From Felis catus (Eukaryota), in the NCBI RefSeq assembly GCF_018350175.1, contig NC_058368.1:70186001-70250000 (forward strand): a DNA stretch of 64,000 nucleotides, read 5' to 3'. Positions within the stretch are counted from its first letter, which is position 1, and each line of letters opens with the position of its first letter. This document shows positions 1 through 11,480 of this stretch, in pieces. The position numbers and the translations under genes were made by a program. The notes under the pieces are model-generated. The model was not told the DNA's origin and did no database searches. It saw only the letters and a program-made list of their open reading frames with translations.

Positions 1-605
1 AACAGTATGGAAGTTCCTCAAAAAGTTAAAAATACGATCCAGCAATCACACTACTAGGTATTTACCCAAAGGTACAGAAATACAGATTCGAAGGGGTACA
101 TGCACCCCAATGGTTACAGCAGCATTATCAACAATAGCCAAACAACGGAAAGAACCCAGTATCCATCAACTGATGCACGGATAAAGAAGATGTGGCAATA
201 TACCCAGTGGAATATTATTCACCCATCTAAAAGAATGAAATCCTGCCATTTGCAGTGACATAGAGTTAGAGAGTATTATGCTAGGTGAAATAAGTCAGTC
301 AGAGAAAGACAAATACCATATGATTTGTGGAACTTAAGAAACAGACAAACATATGGGAAGGGAGAAAAGAGAAAAAAGAGGCAAACAAACTGTAAGAGAC
401 TCTTAAGTATAGAGAACAAACTGAGGGTTGCTGGAGCGGAGGTAGGTGGGGGATGGGCTGGACCGGTGATGGGTACTAAGGAGGGCACTTGTTATGATGA
501 GCACTGGGTGTTGTATGTAAGTGAGGAATCACTGAATTCTATTCCTGAAACCAATATTGTACTGTATCCTAACTAACTAGAATTTAAATAAAAATTTGAA
601 AAGAA
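1..605 (+). mobile_element. L1 3' end (carnivore L1, degraded ORF2 tail and 3' UTR), continues off the left edge
   Basis: Similar to the ORF2 C-terminus and 3' UTR of the L1 at 2057-3148 (gatgagcactgggtgttgtatgtaa); ends aataaaaatttgaaaag. Confidence 0.88.
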
Positions 606-1819
606 AAGGAAAGAAAATGATCTGTTTTTATGCTTTGCCTTCATGCTTTCCGATTGCCTGCAGAAGTTAGAAAAGTCACCACCCTAAGCAAATCAAATAA
701 GGATAAAATACCAAGTGTTTCTTCTTAGGTAAATGTTTCTGGAAGCATACGTGTCAGCAATACCATCTATCTGACAGAACTATTTTCTACTAAGTCTTGG
801 AAAACACCCCTGGTACTTATTGCAAAGGAGAGGGAGGGGTGGCCTATGAGATAGATGTGCTGGCTGTTTTCTAAAGACTGGGGGCAGCTCGAGAAAATTT
901 TTCCCATCCATTATTAAATGACATTTTGAGACAATCATGGGAGCAGAAACAATAGTTTTGCACCTGGCTGGTGCCCAGGTCAGTGACATGAGATTATTCT
1001 CTGTAAGAAAACGAACAAACAAACAAATTAATTAATTAAAGGGAAAAGGAAAAGAACAATGCCAAGGTTAAAAAGAAAAAAAAAAAAAAGGAAACCTCCA
1101 CTTCCCTAACTCCACTGTGAAAAGCAAAGGGAGCAGACACGGGCATTTCTTTGGATTTTGCTGAGAAGGAAGGACAAAGGCTCCCCTTTGCATCTTCTGA
1201 GGCTGACAGCATCACATCCCTATTGGTGGGTTTCTCTGGCTGGCCCTCTGGAACACGCTCCTCCCACAAGGTCCTTCCTACTGAGCACACCCATGAAGGC
1301 CCAGTATGCCGGGGAGGCTACCGCTGTGCTCTGAAGCGGTGAAGGCTTGTGCTTCTCCTAGCCATCGGCTCTCCACTCAGATCACTTTTTCATTAAAGAC
1401 CCTGTAGAGCCTACCCTTCACCTCCGCTGAGGAACAGAACAGTGAGCTGGGGCTGCCACCAAAGACCCACCCCAGCCAGAGCAGTCTCTAGCTAGCCTGC
1501 CTGGCACACAACTTCCAAGACAGGGCTTCCAACCGCCGCCACATGTAGAAAACCTCATTGTTTGTTTGTCAGAATATGAAAGTAAATGTTGGTTAAAAAA
1601 AAAAAAAGTCCACATAAAATCATGGAAAGCTATCAAGTATAAGTTAAAAGTCATCCATACACCAAGCCCTCAGAGACAACCATGGCCACCATTTTGGTAT
1701 ACACCTGACATGGCTATTTGATGGCTATCTTTCTACATGGCTAGCTGTTTGCCTATCCATTTCTTCATTTACACACAAAAAGCGTATAAAATGTTTTCTT
1801 CTCAAAAATGAGGTCATAC

Positions 1820-2039
1820 GGGGCGCCTGGGTGGCGCAGTCGGTTAAGCGTCCGACTTCAGCCAGGTCACAATCTCGCGGTCCGGGAGTTCGAGCCCCGC
1901 GTCAGGCTCTGGGCTGATAGCTCAGAGCCTGGAGCCTGTTTCCGATTCTGTGTCTCCCTCTCTCTCTGCCCCTCCCCCGTTCATGCTCTGTCTCTCTCTG
2001 TCCCAAAAATAAATAAACGTTGAAAAAAAAATTAAAAAA
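1820..2039 (+). mobile_element. Young felid SINE (SINEC_Fc type)
   Basis: ggggcgcctgggtggcgcagtcggttaagcg head with many intact CpGs, CT tract, A tail; perfect 16-bp TSD aaaaatgaggtcatac at 1804-1819 and 2040-2055. Confidence 0.95.
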
Positions 2040-2056
2040 AAAAATGAGGTCATACA

Positions 2057-3148
2057 ACTCAGCCGTAGCAATTTCTTACTTGACACATCCCCAAAGGCAA
2101 GGGAATTAAAAGCAAAAATGAACTATTGGGACCTCATGAAGATAAAAAGCTTCTGCACAGCAAAGGAAACAATCAACAAAACTAAAAGGCAACCGAGGGA
2201 ATGGGAAAAGACATTTGCAAACGACATATTGGACAAAGGGCTAGTATCCAAAATCTATAACGAACTCACCAAACTCCACACCCGAAAAACAAGTAATCCA
2301 GTGAAGAAATGGGCAGAAAACATGAATAGACACTTCTCTAAAGAAGACATCCAGATGGCCAACAGGCACATGAAAAGATGCTCAACGTCGCTTCTCATCA
2401 GGGAAATACAAATCAAAACCACACTCAGATATCACCTCACACCAGTCAGAGTGGCCAAAATGAACAAATCAGGAGACTATAGATACTGGAGAGGATGTGG
2501 AGAAACGAGAACCCTCTTGCACTGTTCGTGGGAATGCAAACTGGTGCAGCCGCTCTGGAAAACAGTGTGGAGTTTCCTCAAAAAATCAAAAATAGACCTA
2601 CCCTATGACCCAGCAGTAGCACTGCTAGGAATTTACCCAAGGGATACAGGAGTGCTGATGCATAGGGGCACTTCTACCCCAATGTTTATAGCAGTGCTCT
2701 CAACAATAGCCAAATTATGGAAAGAGCCTAAGTGTCCATCAACTGATGAATGGATAAAGAAATTGTGGTTTATATACACAATGGAGTACTACGTGGCAAT
2801 GAGAAAGAATGAAATACGGCCCTTTGTAGCAACGTGGATGGAACTGGAGAGTGTGATGCTAAGTGAAATAAGCCATACAGAGAAAGACAGATACCACATG
2901 TGTTCACTCTTAGGTGGATCCTGAGAAACTAAACAGGAACCCATGGGGGAGGGGAAGGAAAAAAAAAAAAAAAAAGAGGTTAGAGTAGGAGAGAGCCAAA
3001 GCATAAGAGACTCTTAAAAACTGAGAACAAACTGAGGGCTGATGGGGGGTGGGAGGGTGGGTGATGGGTATCGAGGAGGGCACCTGTTGGGATGAGCACT
3101 GGGTGTTGTATGTAAACCAACTTGACAATAAATTTCACATATTTAAAA
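2057..3148 (+). mobile_element. 5'-truncated young L1 (L1_Fc type) with uninterrupted ORF2 C-terminus (2058-2924) and 3' UTR
   Basis: Translation [19 protein letters not shown]...[29 protein letters not shown] is L1 ORF2p; 17-bp TSD aaaaatgaggtcataca at 2040-2056 and 3149-3165. Confidence 0.96.
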
Positions 3149-3647
3149 AAAAATGAGGTCATACAGATACACTTTCTCCTCCTTAACAATATAGTGTGTA
3201 CCCCGTCCTAAGTGATTACGTTTGGACCCACATCATGATTACTAAGAACTGCACGGTGGGCTAGTGCAGGAAAATTGTAATCTATTTAACTAAAGGCGAC
3301 TGGAGTTTTCAAAAAACAAAACAGAGTAAAATGAGTTTTTATTCTATAAGCAAGGGTGAAACATGACAATAGTTACTGTATGAAAACATGTTACAGATGA
3401 CAATATACTACTATCAGTAAGTAAAGGTTTTTTAGAGATGTTAATTATGGCTCTAATAAGAATGCTGAAAAATCAGAAGAGAGAGAAGTAAGCGAAAAGT
3501 AAAAATGAACCAAAAGCTAAACCGCCAATCCTGAGTTCTAAGCCAAGTGACATTGTTACTTTGATACGTGTTTTTTTCCCCAAATAAAAAAAACAAGACT
3601 AAGGTTTCCTATGGTACAGAATAGTTAGTGGCTGGTTCTTCACCATT

Positions 3648-3861
3648 CTTTTTTTTTCTTTCTTTTTTAATTTCTTTTTTTTTTAACATTTATTTTGAGA
3701 GAAAGAGAGGAGAAAGGGCAGAGAGAAGAGAGAATCCTAAGCAGGCTCTGTGCTATTAGTGCAGAACCCGAAGAGGGGCTTGATTTCACAAACTGTGAGC
3801 TCATGACCTGTGCCGAAACCAAGAGTGGGACACCCAACTGACGGAGTCGCCCAGCGTCCCC
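3648..3861 (-). mobile_element. Carnivore SINE (SINEC)
   Basis: Poly-T, GA tract, SINE body, reversed head gtcgcccagcgtcccc. Confidence 0.88.
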
Positions 3862-4075
3862 ATGATTTTCATTTCATTACCTTCTAATAGCCTCAGTTCT
3901 TTCTCATTCCCAGAATTTTCCCAGAAAAGCTCTAAAACCGATGTCCCTAGCAAAGGAAATCAGTTGTGTGAGTTTGGAAGTGGACCATCATGATGGAACA
4001 CCGCAACAGCACGGTGATAGGAGCAGGTTCTCAGTCAGAACGACCCCGCCAGTGTGTTCCCTCTTTTTACCACGT

Positions 4076-4514
4076 TGCTGTGGGCTGGATGGTGTTCCCA
4101 AACACATATGTTAAAGTCCTAATCCCTGGTACCTATGGATGTGTCTTTATTTGGAAATAGGGTCTTTGCAGTGCAATCAAGGGAAGACGAGGTCACTGGG
4201 GTTGGCCCTAATCCAACATGACAAGTTCTTTTATAAGAAGGATATTTCAACAGAAACACACAGGAAGGTGGCCGTGTGAAGCCAGAAACAGAGACTAGAG
4301 CGATGCCGCCATAAGCCCAAGGAATGCCTGGAGCCACGGGAAGCTGGAGGAAATAAGGAAGGACCCTCCCCTTGAGATTCTGGAGCAAGGATGACCCCAC
4401 CAATATCTTGGTTTTGGACACCTAGCCTCCAAAATTGTGAGAGAATAAATTTCCATTGTTTTAAGCCCCCTAGTTTGTGGTACTTTGTTATGGCAGCCCT
4501 AGGAAACAAATACA
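4076..4514 (+). mobile_element. MaLR solo LTR (MLT1B/C-like)
   Basis: ttatttggaaatagggtctttgcag near 5' end and aataaatttccattgttttaagcc...gcagccctaggaaacaaataca at 3' end. Confidence 0.85.
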
Positions 4515-5080
4515 ATTGTTAATACAGGTAAAGCATTTGGAACAATGGTGGTAAACAGTAAGTACAATGTAAGTTATTGTTCTTCCCTTCCATTATCCAG
4601 TTAATGGTACATGAGTCACTTCACCGTGCAGGTCAGAAACTGGGGGGTTGCTTATCCGAGACTACCACCCACTTCTCTCTCCTCCCATCCTTCTCCCAAT
4701 CAGGAACCCCAGGCAGAGTACAGGTGCTTCCCCAATGTCACCTGAATTAGTCCCTTCCTCCCATTTCCACTTGCACTGTCTTTGCTGTGTCCTTTCCCAT
4801 CTCTTGCCAAAGGTTCCTCAGCTGTCTCCTTCCTCCCTAGGCCCATCTCTACTCTCACCCTGCCCTCACAGCACCACTGAAAACATCATTCAAATTAACC
4901 AGGACACTCTTCAATGTTAGACCTTCTCTTCCCTCCCAAGGACTCAAGGTAAAGTTCCACGCTCACCCAACAGCCCCTATGATGTTTGAGTGGAGCCCGC
5001 TGCCCTCCCGCCCCCCCCCCCCCCACAGAAAACACCTTCTGTTTTTCAGGTGTGCAAATAAGTAACACTTTGAGACTCAC

Positions 5081-5203
5081 TTCCGAAAGTCCGCAAGTAA
5101 CTTGAGCATGTCGTCATTGGAGAGCTTATTGCTGTCTTGCCTGTACAGAGCAGAGAATCTGGCATTTTTGTCAAGGTTTCCAGATGCATCCTTAAACAAC
5201 GTC
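5081..5203 (-). CDS. DOCK9: DOCK9 exon ~15 (123 nt): (R)TLFKDASGNLDKNARFSALYRQDSNKLSNDDMLKLLADFR(K)
   Basis: tttcag|G acceptor, AA|gtgagt donor, phase 2/2. Confidence 0.96.
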
Positions 5204-5717
5204 CTGAAATAGCCAAACAACAGTTCTAAACTGAGCTTCCAAAAGATGAAAATAAATCCACGGCTTAACTTCGGTTTCTATGTGAAGCCTAATTATTATT
5301 CCATTGGCTGTACTAACAGAAATTTCATTATCTAAAAACATGGAAGACATTTACGCCGATGAACACAACTAACTCAATTTACACAGAGAACATTTCCAGC
5401 AAATGGCTCGTGCTTAGGCAACAACATCCACAGTCAGATGCTTAGGAAGCAGAGCTCACAAACAAGGGTGATGTGCAGGCCCCCACCCTGGGCCGCTGTC
5501 CAGGCTGGGCTTGGGACACGTGGCCAGAACAGCAGCTCTGCAGCAAGAGCTCCCGTCCGTCCTACCGACCCCCGCACGGCTCTCCCAGCCAGCATCTTCC
5601 CCGTCTGTGATTCTAACGAAAGATTATTCACATAGGGGGCTTACTTATGTTTTAACTTTACACATTTAAATCCTCTTTGCCTCTGGGCAATAAAGACAAA
5701 AGAGAGGAGTCAGTCTG

Positions 5718-5765
5718 TCTATCTATCTATGTATCTATGTATCTATGTATCTATCTATCTATATC
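5718..5765. repeat. (TCTA)/(TATGTATC) compound microsatellite
   Basis: Seen directly, about 50 nt downstream of the exon 14 donor. Confidence 0.9.
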
Positions 5766-5811
5766 TGTGTATCTCTAGCTACATCAAAGGCATAAAAGAT
5801 ATTGTCGTTAC

Positions 5812-5894
5812 CTTGCTGCCCATGCAAATGGCATTCTGTACTGTCCTAGTCTTTGGCAAGCCTGCTTGGCATTCTTCAGCACCTTCTGAGCAAC
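5812..5894 (-). CDS. DOCK9: DOCK9 exon ~14 (83 nt): [27 protein letters not shown](R)
   Basis: cttcaag|GTT acceptor, AG|gtaacg donor, phase 0/2; [11 protein letters not shown] motif shared by DOCK-C/D proteins. Confidence 0.96.
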
Positions 5895-6768
5895 CTTGAA
5901 GACACGAGAATCAAGATATGAGGTGCTGTACCCCATTGACAGAATTATGATCTAAAGAGCCGTCATCACACGTTCGTTAAACAAGCTCCTACCCTAGTAT
6001 CAGATGCATGGAAAAGCACGGGTCACTGTAAGGAAATCTGGCCAGACTTACACTAGGTGCAGAGTATTCTGTTTAATGCAATCTTTATGGCAGTGACTTT
6101 CAAAGAATATAGAATGAGGACCGTTTCCAAAATGTTAAGTCTTTTCTTTTCTGAAACGTTGCTTTCATAGGCTGCAAGCATGACATTTCATAGGCTTTCA
6201 TAGTTCTTTATGACTACGGACTACTTATAAGTCCACTGGGTTATTAACAATTGTTAATTCTTGGTATTCGTGCCAAAATATATGGCAATACTTAAAGTTT
6301 AAAAGAGAATACTAACGAAAATGCTAAGCCAGCATAGCTCCTAATGTGTTCCAGCTCATGCAGATTCCCACAATTTGGGGGATAGAGATTTGTTCTGTAA
6401 GACATTATGTAGGTGCTGACTTAAGTTAGGCCAGGGTTTTCAACTGTTAGTTATATTCTTACTTTCTAGGTATAAATTACTGCTATTTTCACTTCTTGAT
6501 GATGAATTTTCATTTGTTGTGGCTTGACTTATGAAGCCCATAGTGCACAGTGAAGCAGATCTGCTTTGGCCTGAGATGTGTGCATGACATGTCTATCAAT
6601 CAACTGTACCCCTACCGCTACAGCGGAGGACAAGTGCCCCGAATGTGCTTGTACCGGGATCCTGCACAGCTCCCAATAAAAAGTTTGATTCAGTTAGAGT
6701 GGTATGTTCGAGGGCCTTTTACATTACTGAAGCACATCAAAGTCAACCAGTTTTGGGAACTGTGATCC

Positions 6769-6930
6769 AGCGCCTGTGAACCAATGTGTGTCAGAGCGGC
6801 AGCATCAGCAGCACCTGGGAGCTTATCAGGAATGCAGAGTCTCGGGCCCCACCCCAGACCCCCTGGGTCAGAACCTGCCTTCTGACCAGACCTTCGGTGA
6901 CCTGTGCGCATCAGGTTTGCGAAAACTCAG
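6769..6930. mobile_element. MER5A-like hAT-Charlie MITE
   Basis: gcagcatcagcagcacctgggagcttatcaggaatgcagagtctcgggccccaccccagacc motif. Confidence 0.8.
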
Positions 6931-8283
6931 ATGATAGAGCTGTTTGTGTCTAGGTCAAACTGAAACCAGCAGTGTGAGTCTAGGCCATTAACCCTCTCTG
7001 GGCTCCATTTTCCCCACCTGAGAAATGAAGGGCGTGAGGCACAGTACTTTTCACTATCCCTTCCAGTTACCAGACATTATGATTCTACCACAGTCATGCT
7101 GTGAGAATTGCTACCCTCACGAATGAATTAGAAACATGTCTTGACCGAAACGTGTCAGGAGCTCCTCCAGTTCCTTCATTTCTTCTTCCAGAAGGGCATG
7201 ATCCTGTGGGCACTGGGGGCACACAGTCACAGGGTAAAATGGTCTACCTTCTATTTTCAGATAGAAACTATCATTTTTAGATTTCTAACAATAATGACTA
7301 TACTGTGGAGTAAAACACAATATTTGCATAAAACTTAAAACTAAAACCCAGATTTCAAATAAGTTTCACGGTTTCCTGCGGCGAACAGGGTCTGAGCCCA
7401 CAGACTTACTGAGGGTGCACAGGGAACATAAGGTATGTAAGACTGAAAAACTCAATTTTGTCTTTGGTCTCCCCCGCCCCTTTTCTTTCTTTCTTCCTCT
7501 TTTTTAATCTATTCATGATCTACACCTACAGAGACTTCTTATAAGAGTTTCTTCCTCCAAGACAAAATTGACTCTAAATGATGTTCTAGACCATCTTGGA
7601 AAACAGGAAAGAAACAATTCTGACATGCATGAGAAAATCATCCTTCGGTAATATCTCTGCCAAAAGTTCTATTCTGATACAACATGCTTGAGAGCAGAGA
7701 GATATAAAACCTATTCTGATATAAAAAGGTTAATCTCTGCCTTAATTTATTACTTTGGAAGTGTGAACGTATGGAGTAACGTACACATGGCTGAGCTGTG
7801 CATCCCACACATAAGGAGGGAAGAGCCGACTTCCACAGATGCTCGGCGGCCACTGGGAAGCGTGGAGGAGAGCATCAAGTCTAGCCCAAAGTGAAATGTG
7901 ATTTTGCACCATCACGAGCTGCCAAATTTCAAACCGTGCATGTGGCAGGCAGAAGAGCAAAGACGGTGCATTTAGGCCCTGGAAACGTATCACATACAGT
8001 CAGGGGAGCCGATCTCATCCTGGGCCTTCATTGATTATTAATCAAAACACTGAAGAGCTGAAAGAGCTTCTTATCCAAGGTTTTACAAACTTGATTTAAA
8101 AAGTAAAATCGCTTCTTCTCCAGAGACCAAACTTAACCCAGCTGTTATCAGCCAGAAAGGCATACTGTTGGAGGCAGTGTGCCTGGGGCTATGGGTTCTC
8201 CCCTGGCTGGGGCTGGGATAGATGATAACGTTGTCCTACATGTGTCAGTGATTTGCAGCATCCCCAGCAATGTCTTGTATATT

Positions 8284-8499
8284 TAAAAATTTTTTTTATG
8301 TTTTATTTTTATTTTTGAGACAGAGAGACAGAACATGAATGGGGGAGGGGCAGAGAGAGAGGGAGACTCAAAATCCAAAGCAGGCTCCAGTCTCTGGGCT
8401 GTTAATATAGAGCCTGACATGGGGCTCAAACCTGTGAACCATGAGATCATCACCTGAGCTCAAGTCAGACGCTCAACTGACTGAGACACGCAGGCACCC
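8284..8499 (-). mobile_element. Carnivore SINE (SINEC)
   Basis: 18-bp TSD agcaat(g/c)tcttgtatatt at 8266-8283 and 8500-8517. Confidence 0.92.
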
Positions 8500-9646
8500 A
8501 GCAATCTCTTGTATATTATCTGATCTCTGCGCTATTCCTGAGAGGAGGTGGGGCAGGTAGCAATATCATCCTTCAACAACAGATGGGACACCAGAACCCA
8601 GAGAGGTGACATGACTTCTCCAAAGTACCTAGGCACTCAGCACCCAGGTCTCTGACTCCTACAACCTATTCTTTAACAACCACCCTGCAGCTCGTGGACA
8701 CACCTGTGGTGTATGGCCGGCCACAGACAGCATGAGGGGAAGCTCTGATTCAGCTCAGGAAATGTCCCTTAGAGCCTTTGGAGGTGTCCCCTCCTGCTGC
8801 TGACCAGTCCTTGTCAGTGTACCAGGGCCATCTCCCAGACGAGCACTTACAAATACTGTAAAGCCAGCGGAGACAGAACTCTATTAGCTCACTCTACCAG
8901 GTAGCTCAACATGCTGGAAAGTGACAGTCAGGTGCCTCTGGTCACTCTAGCTGTAGGGCACTGAGCAGGTAACTAAACCTTAGTAAACCTCAGTTTTCTG
9001 ATGCCTGAGAAGAGCTCTTGACTAGATAACCTCTAACATTCACATCTGTGTGTGTCCACCAAGGCACTCCCCAAGTAGTGAGCACTATGCCAAAGTAAGG
9101 GAAACACACCAGACAGCTTGTATGTTTCCCTTCCCTCTTCTACCCAAGGTCACCTCTGCCACCATGACCTGCCCTGTGTGACCAAACAGGGCACCTGAAG
9201 CACTGACCTCACTGGTCAGACCATCCCCTAGTCTCCAGCCTCACATTTAAGTGTAAATGGACCCAAAGATAATTCCAGAACCTGAGAGACACGTCAACAA
9301 GTGGAATGCACTCTATTTGAATAGAATATATGTCCTTTTTAATGATAGAAAGTTTACTGTTAAGCTCATAAGTCCAGTTTTGCCAATTATTTTAGGATGT
9401 TAGGATTGTCTAGACAAATGAAGGATTTTATTTACATACAGGACTACTTTTCAATGAAAATTGGACACATGAGGTTAAGAGTAAATCTATGTGAAGAGTG
9501 CACATATTTTAAAATATAAAAAGTATAAATACATCTGGCTGAATACATAAGGCTTAACTCTGATTTCTTTAAGCGTTTCTATTTTCACAGAGGGCCCTTT
9601 CATTGAATTGATGTTTATCATCATAAAGCATAAAAGTCACTCATAC

Positions 9647-9769
9647 CTTAGAAGAGTCTGAACTTTTCATGTATGGCTCGGCACCGTGTGTGATGCTCCC
9701 CTGAAGCACTTTTTCAACTCTAGCCACCAGAAATATATCAGGATGAGGACACGTGACCGAAAATATTCC
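9647..9769 (-). CDS. DOCK9: DOCK9 exon ~13 (123 nt): [41 protein letters not shown]
   Basis: ccctag|GGA acceptor, AAG|gtatga donor, phase 0/0. Confidence 0.96.
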
Positions 9770-10157
9770 CTAGGGAACAAACAATTTTCTGTAGTGAGTA
9801 AAATTCACACCCACATTAAACAAATCCCCTGAACCTGAAACGTTCTGAAGCAACAAAGAGTGCTAAAACATGCTATTCAGAGGCACTCAGTGCTTTATCG
9901 CTAGTTTATCATCTGATCAAAAAGGCAATTTGGTCAGGGGGGTGGGCAACTAGCAGAAAGTTTAGAAAAAAAAAAATGAGAAATCAAATACTGCTTCTTC
10001 TTCTCTCAGCTTGCCTTTCCTGCCTGCTTATATATGCTGTCGATATAACCAACAGTCTCATTTCCCCTAGCTGCGTGCTACGGAGTCTCATTATGCATTC
10101 ACACAGCAGGTGCAAGATAAGTCTCAGTAGGGACGACTGATGGGCTCTGTCTCCCAC

Positions 10158-10361
10158 CTGCTTCGGATACTGCATGGCAGCTTCGTGAAGGATGTCCTGA
10201 AGGGCAGGTGAGCTCTTCCTGCCACCGTTCACCAGAGCTGGGGATGTGGTGGCCAGCATCTGCCTCACGGAGAAATGGTTCAGGTCCACGTGGAAATCGG
10301 CAGAAATCTTTCGGTTGTATTTTATGTCAAACAGGGATAGAGTGACAAAGAAAGGCTCGAC
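10158..10361 (-). CDS. DOCK9: DOCK9 exon ~12 (204 nt): VEPFFVTLSLFDIKYNRKISADFHVDLNHFSVRQML...HEAAMQYPKQ
   Basis: gttcag|GTC acceptor, CAG|gtggga donor, phase 0/0; visible in ORF 9984..10391. Confidence 0.97.
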
Positions 10362-10668
10362 CTGAACAAAAAACAAAAAACAAAAAAACAATCCAGACCG
10401 TCACTACAGCTCAAACTGTCTGGAAAAGAGAATGCTGCTATCGAAGAAGAAATTACAAAACCTATTTATGATAGCTCAAGAGAAAGAAGTCTCCACCCGT
10501 CTCATTTGTCACAAATATCCTGTCCCTGAGGCTAAACAACCCTCCGCATCCTGATCTAAACACTGCACTTCTCTGATCAGAAACTAGGATTTTCTGTCCA
10601 GACTGCATTGCAACTGGTACATCTGCAATCTCTATTTCTTAAAATACTTTTTTTAAGAGGAAAATTAC

Positions 10669-10809
10669 ATTTGTAGTGGGTCCTTCTTCATTTTCTGCAA
10701 CACAGCATTGCAAATTGAAAGATAAATCATTGCACTTGACGAGAATTCTTTTTCCAAATTTCTCTTCAAATGGCTTCACTTCTGGTTCAGCTGATGTGAA
10801 GTCAAGCTT
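10669..10809 (-). CDS. DOCK9: DOCK9 exon ~11 (141 nt): KLDFTSAEPEVKPFEEKFGKRILVKCNDLSFNLQCCVAENEEGPTTN
   Basis: ttttaaag|AAG acceptor (tandem NAGNAG), AAT|gtaatt donor, phase 0/0. Confidence 0.94.
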
Positions 10810-11038
10810 CTTTAAAAGAAAATGTAAATACATAAATATATTATGTTCACATTAAAACAAACACATAATAAATGTATCCTGAGGAAACTCCATAAAATGC
10901 GAAAAGGCTAAACTCACTTAACTCACAATAGTGCTACTATTTTATAAGTTTATATAGCTTATAACAGTGGTCAAATAAATGATGGTATATCTACTCCATG
11001 GATTATTATGCCAAGCTTAAAAATTATGGTTAGGAATA

Positions 11039-11480
11039 CCTCAAGTGTCCATCAACAACTAAATAAACAAACAAAATCTGGTATATACATGCAGTGGAAT
11101 ATTATTCAGCCATAAAAAGGAAGGAAATTTTGACACATGCTACAACATGGATGGACCTTGAAAACATCATGCTGAGTGCAATAAGCCAGACACAAAAGGA
11201 TATATATTGTTTCACATAAATGTGGTTCCTAGAGCAGGCAAATTGATAAAGACAGGGACAATGGAGGTCACCAGGGAATGAGAGGAGGGAGGAATGGGAA
11301 GTAAGTGTTTAGTGGATAGAGTTTCTGCTTGGGATGATGAAAAAGTTCTGGAATGGGTGGTGGTGATAGTTGCACAACATCGTGAACGTACTTAATGCCA
11401 CTGAACTGCACACTTAAAAATGGTTAAAATGGTAAATTTATGTTATGTATATTTTATCACAACAAAAAATTGTCAAAAAA
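11039..11480 (+). mobile_element. L1MB-like 3' end
   Basis: ggaatattattcagccataaaaaggaa...aaaatggttaaaatggtaaattt hallmark sequences. Confidence 0.82.

Noticed and set aside
2118..2924. 268-aa ORF as a host gene
   Set aside because: It is the C-terminus of L1 ORF2p in a 5'-truncated copy with no promoter, endonuclease or RT domain
1..5080. Expected next exon (PEKMAKLPVILGNLD...)
   Set aside because: Not found by eye; presumably lies left of the window, so this is not evidence of exon loss
9984..10391. ORF extending past the exon 12 donor, suggesting a longer exon
   Set aside because: Similarity to DOCK9 ends at the GT donor (10157) and exon 13 continues the frame; the extension is chance read-through
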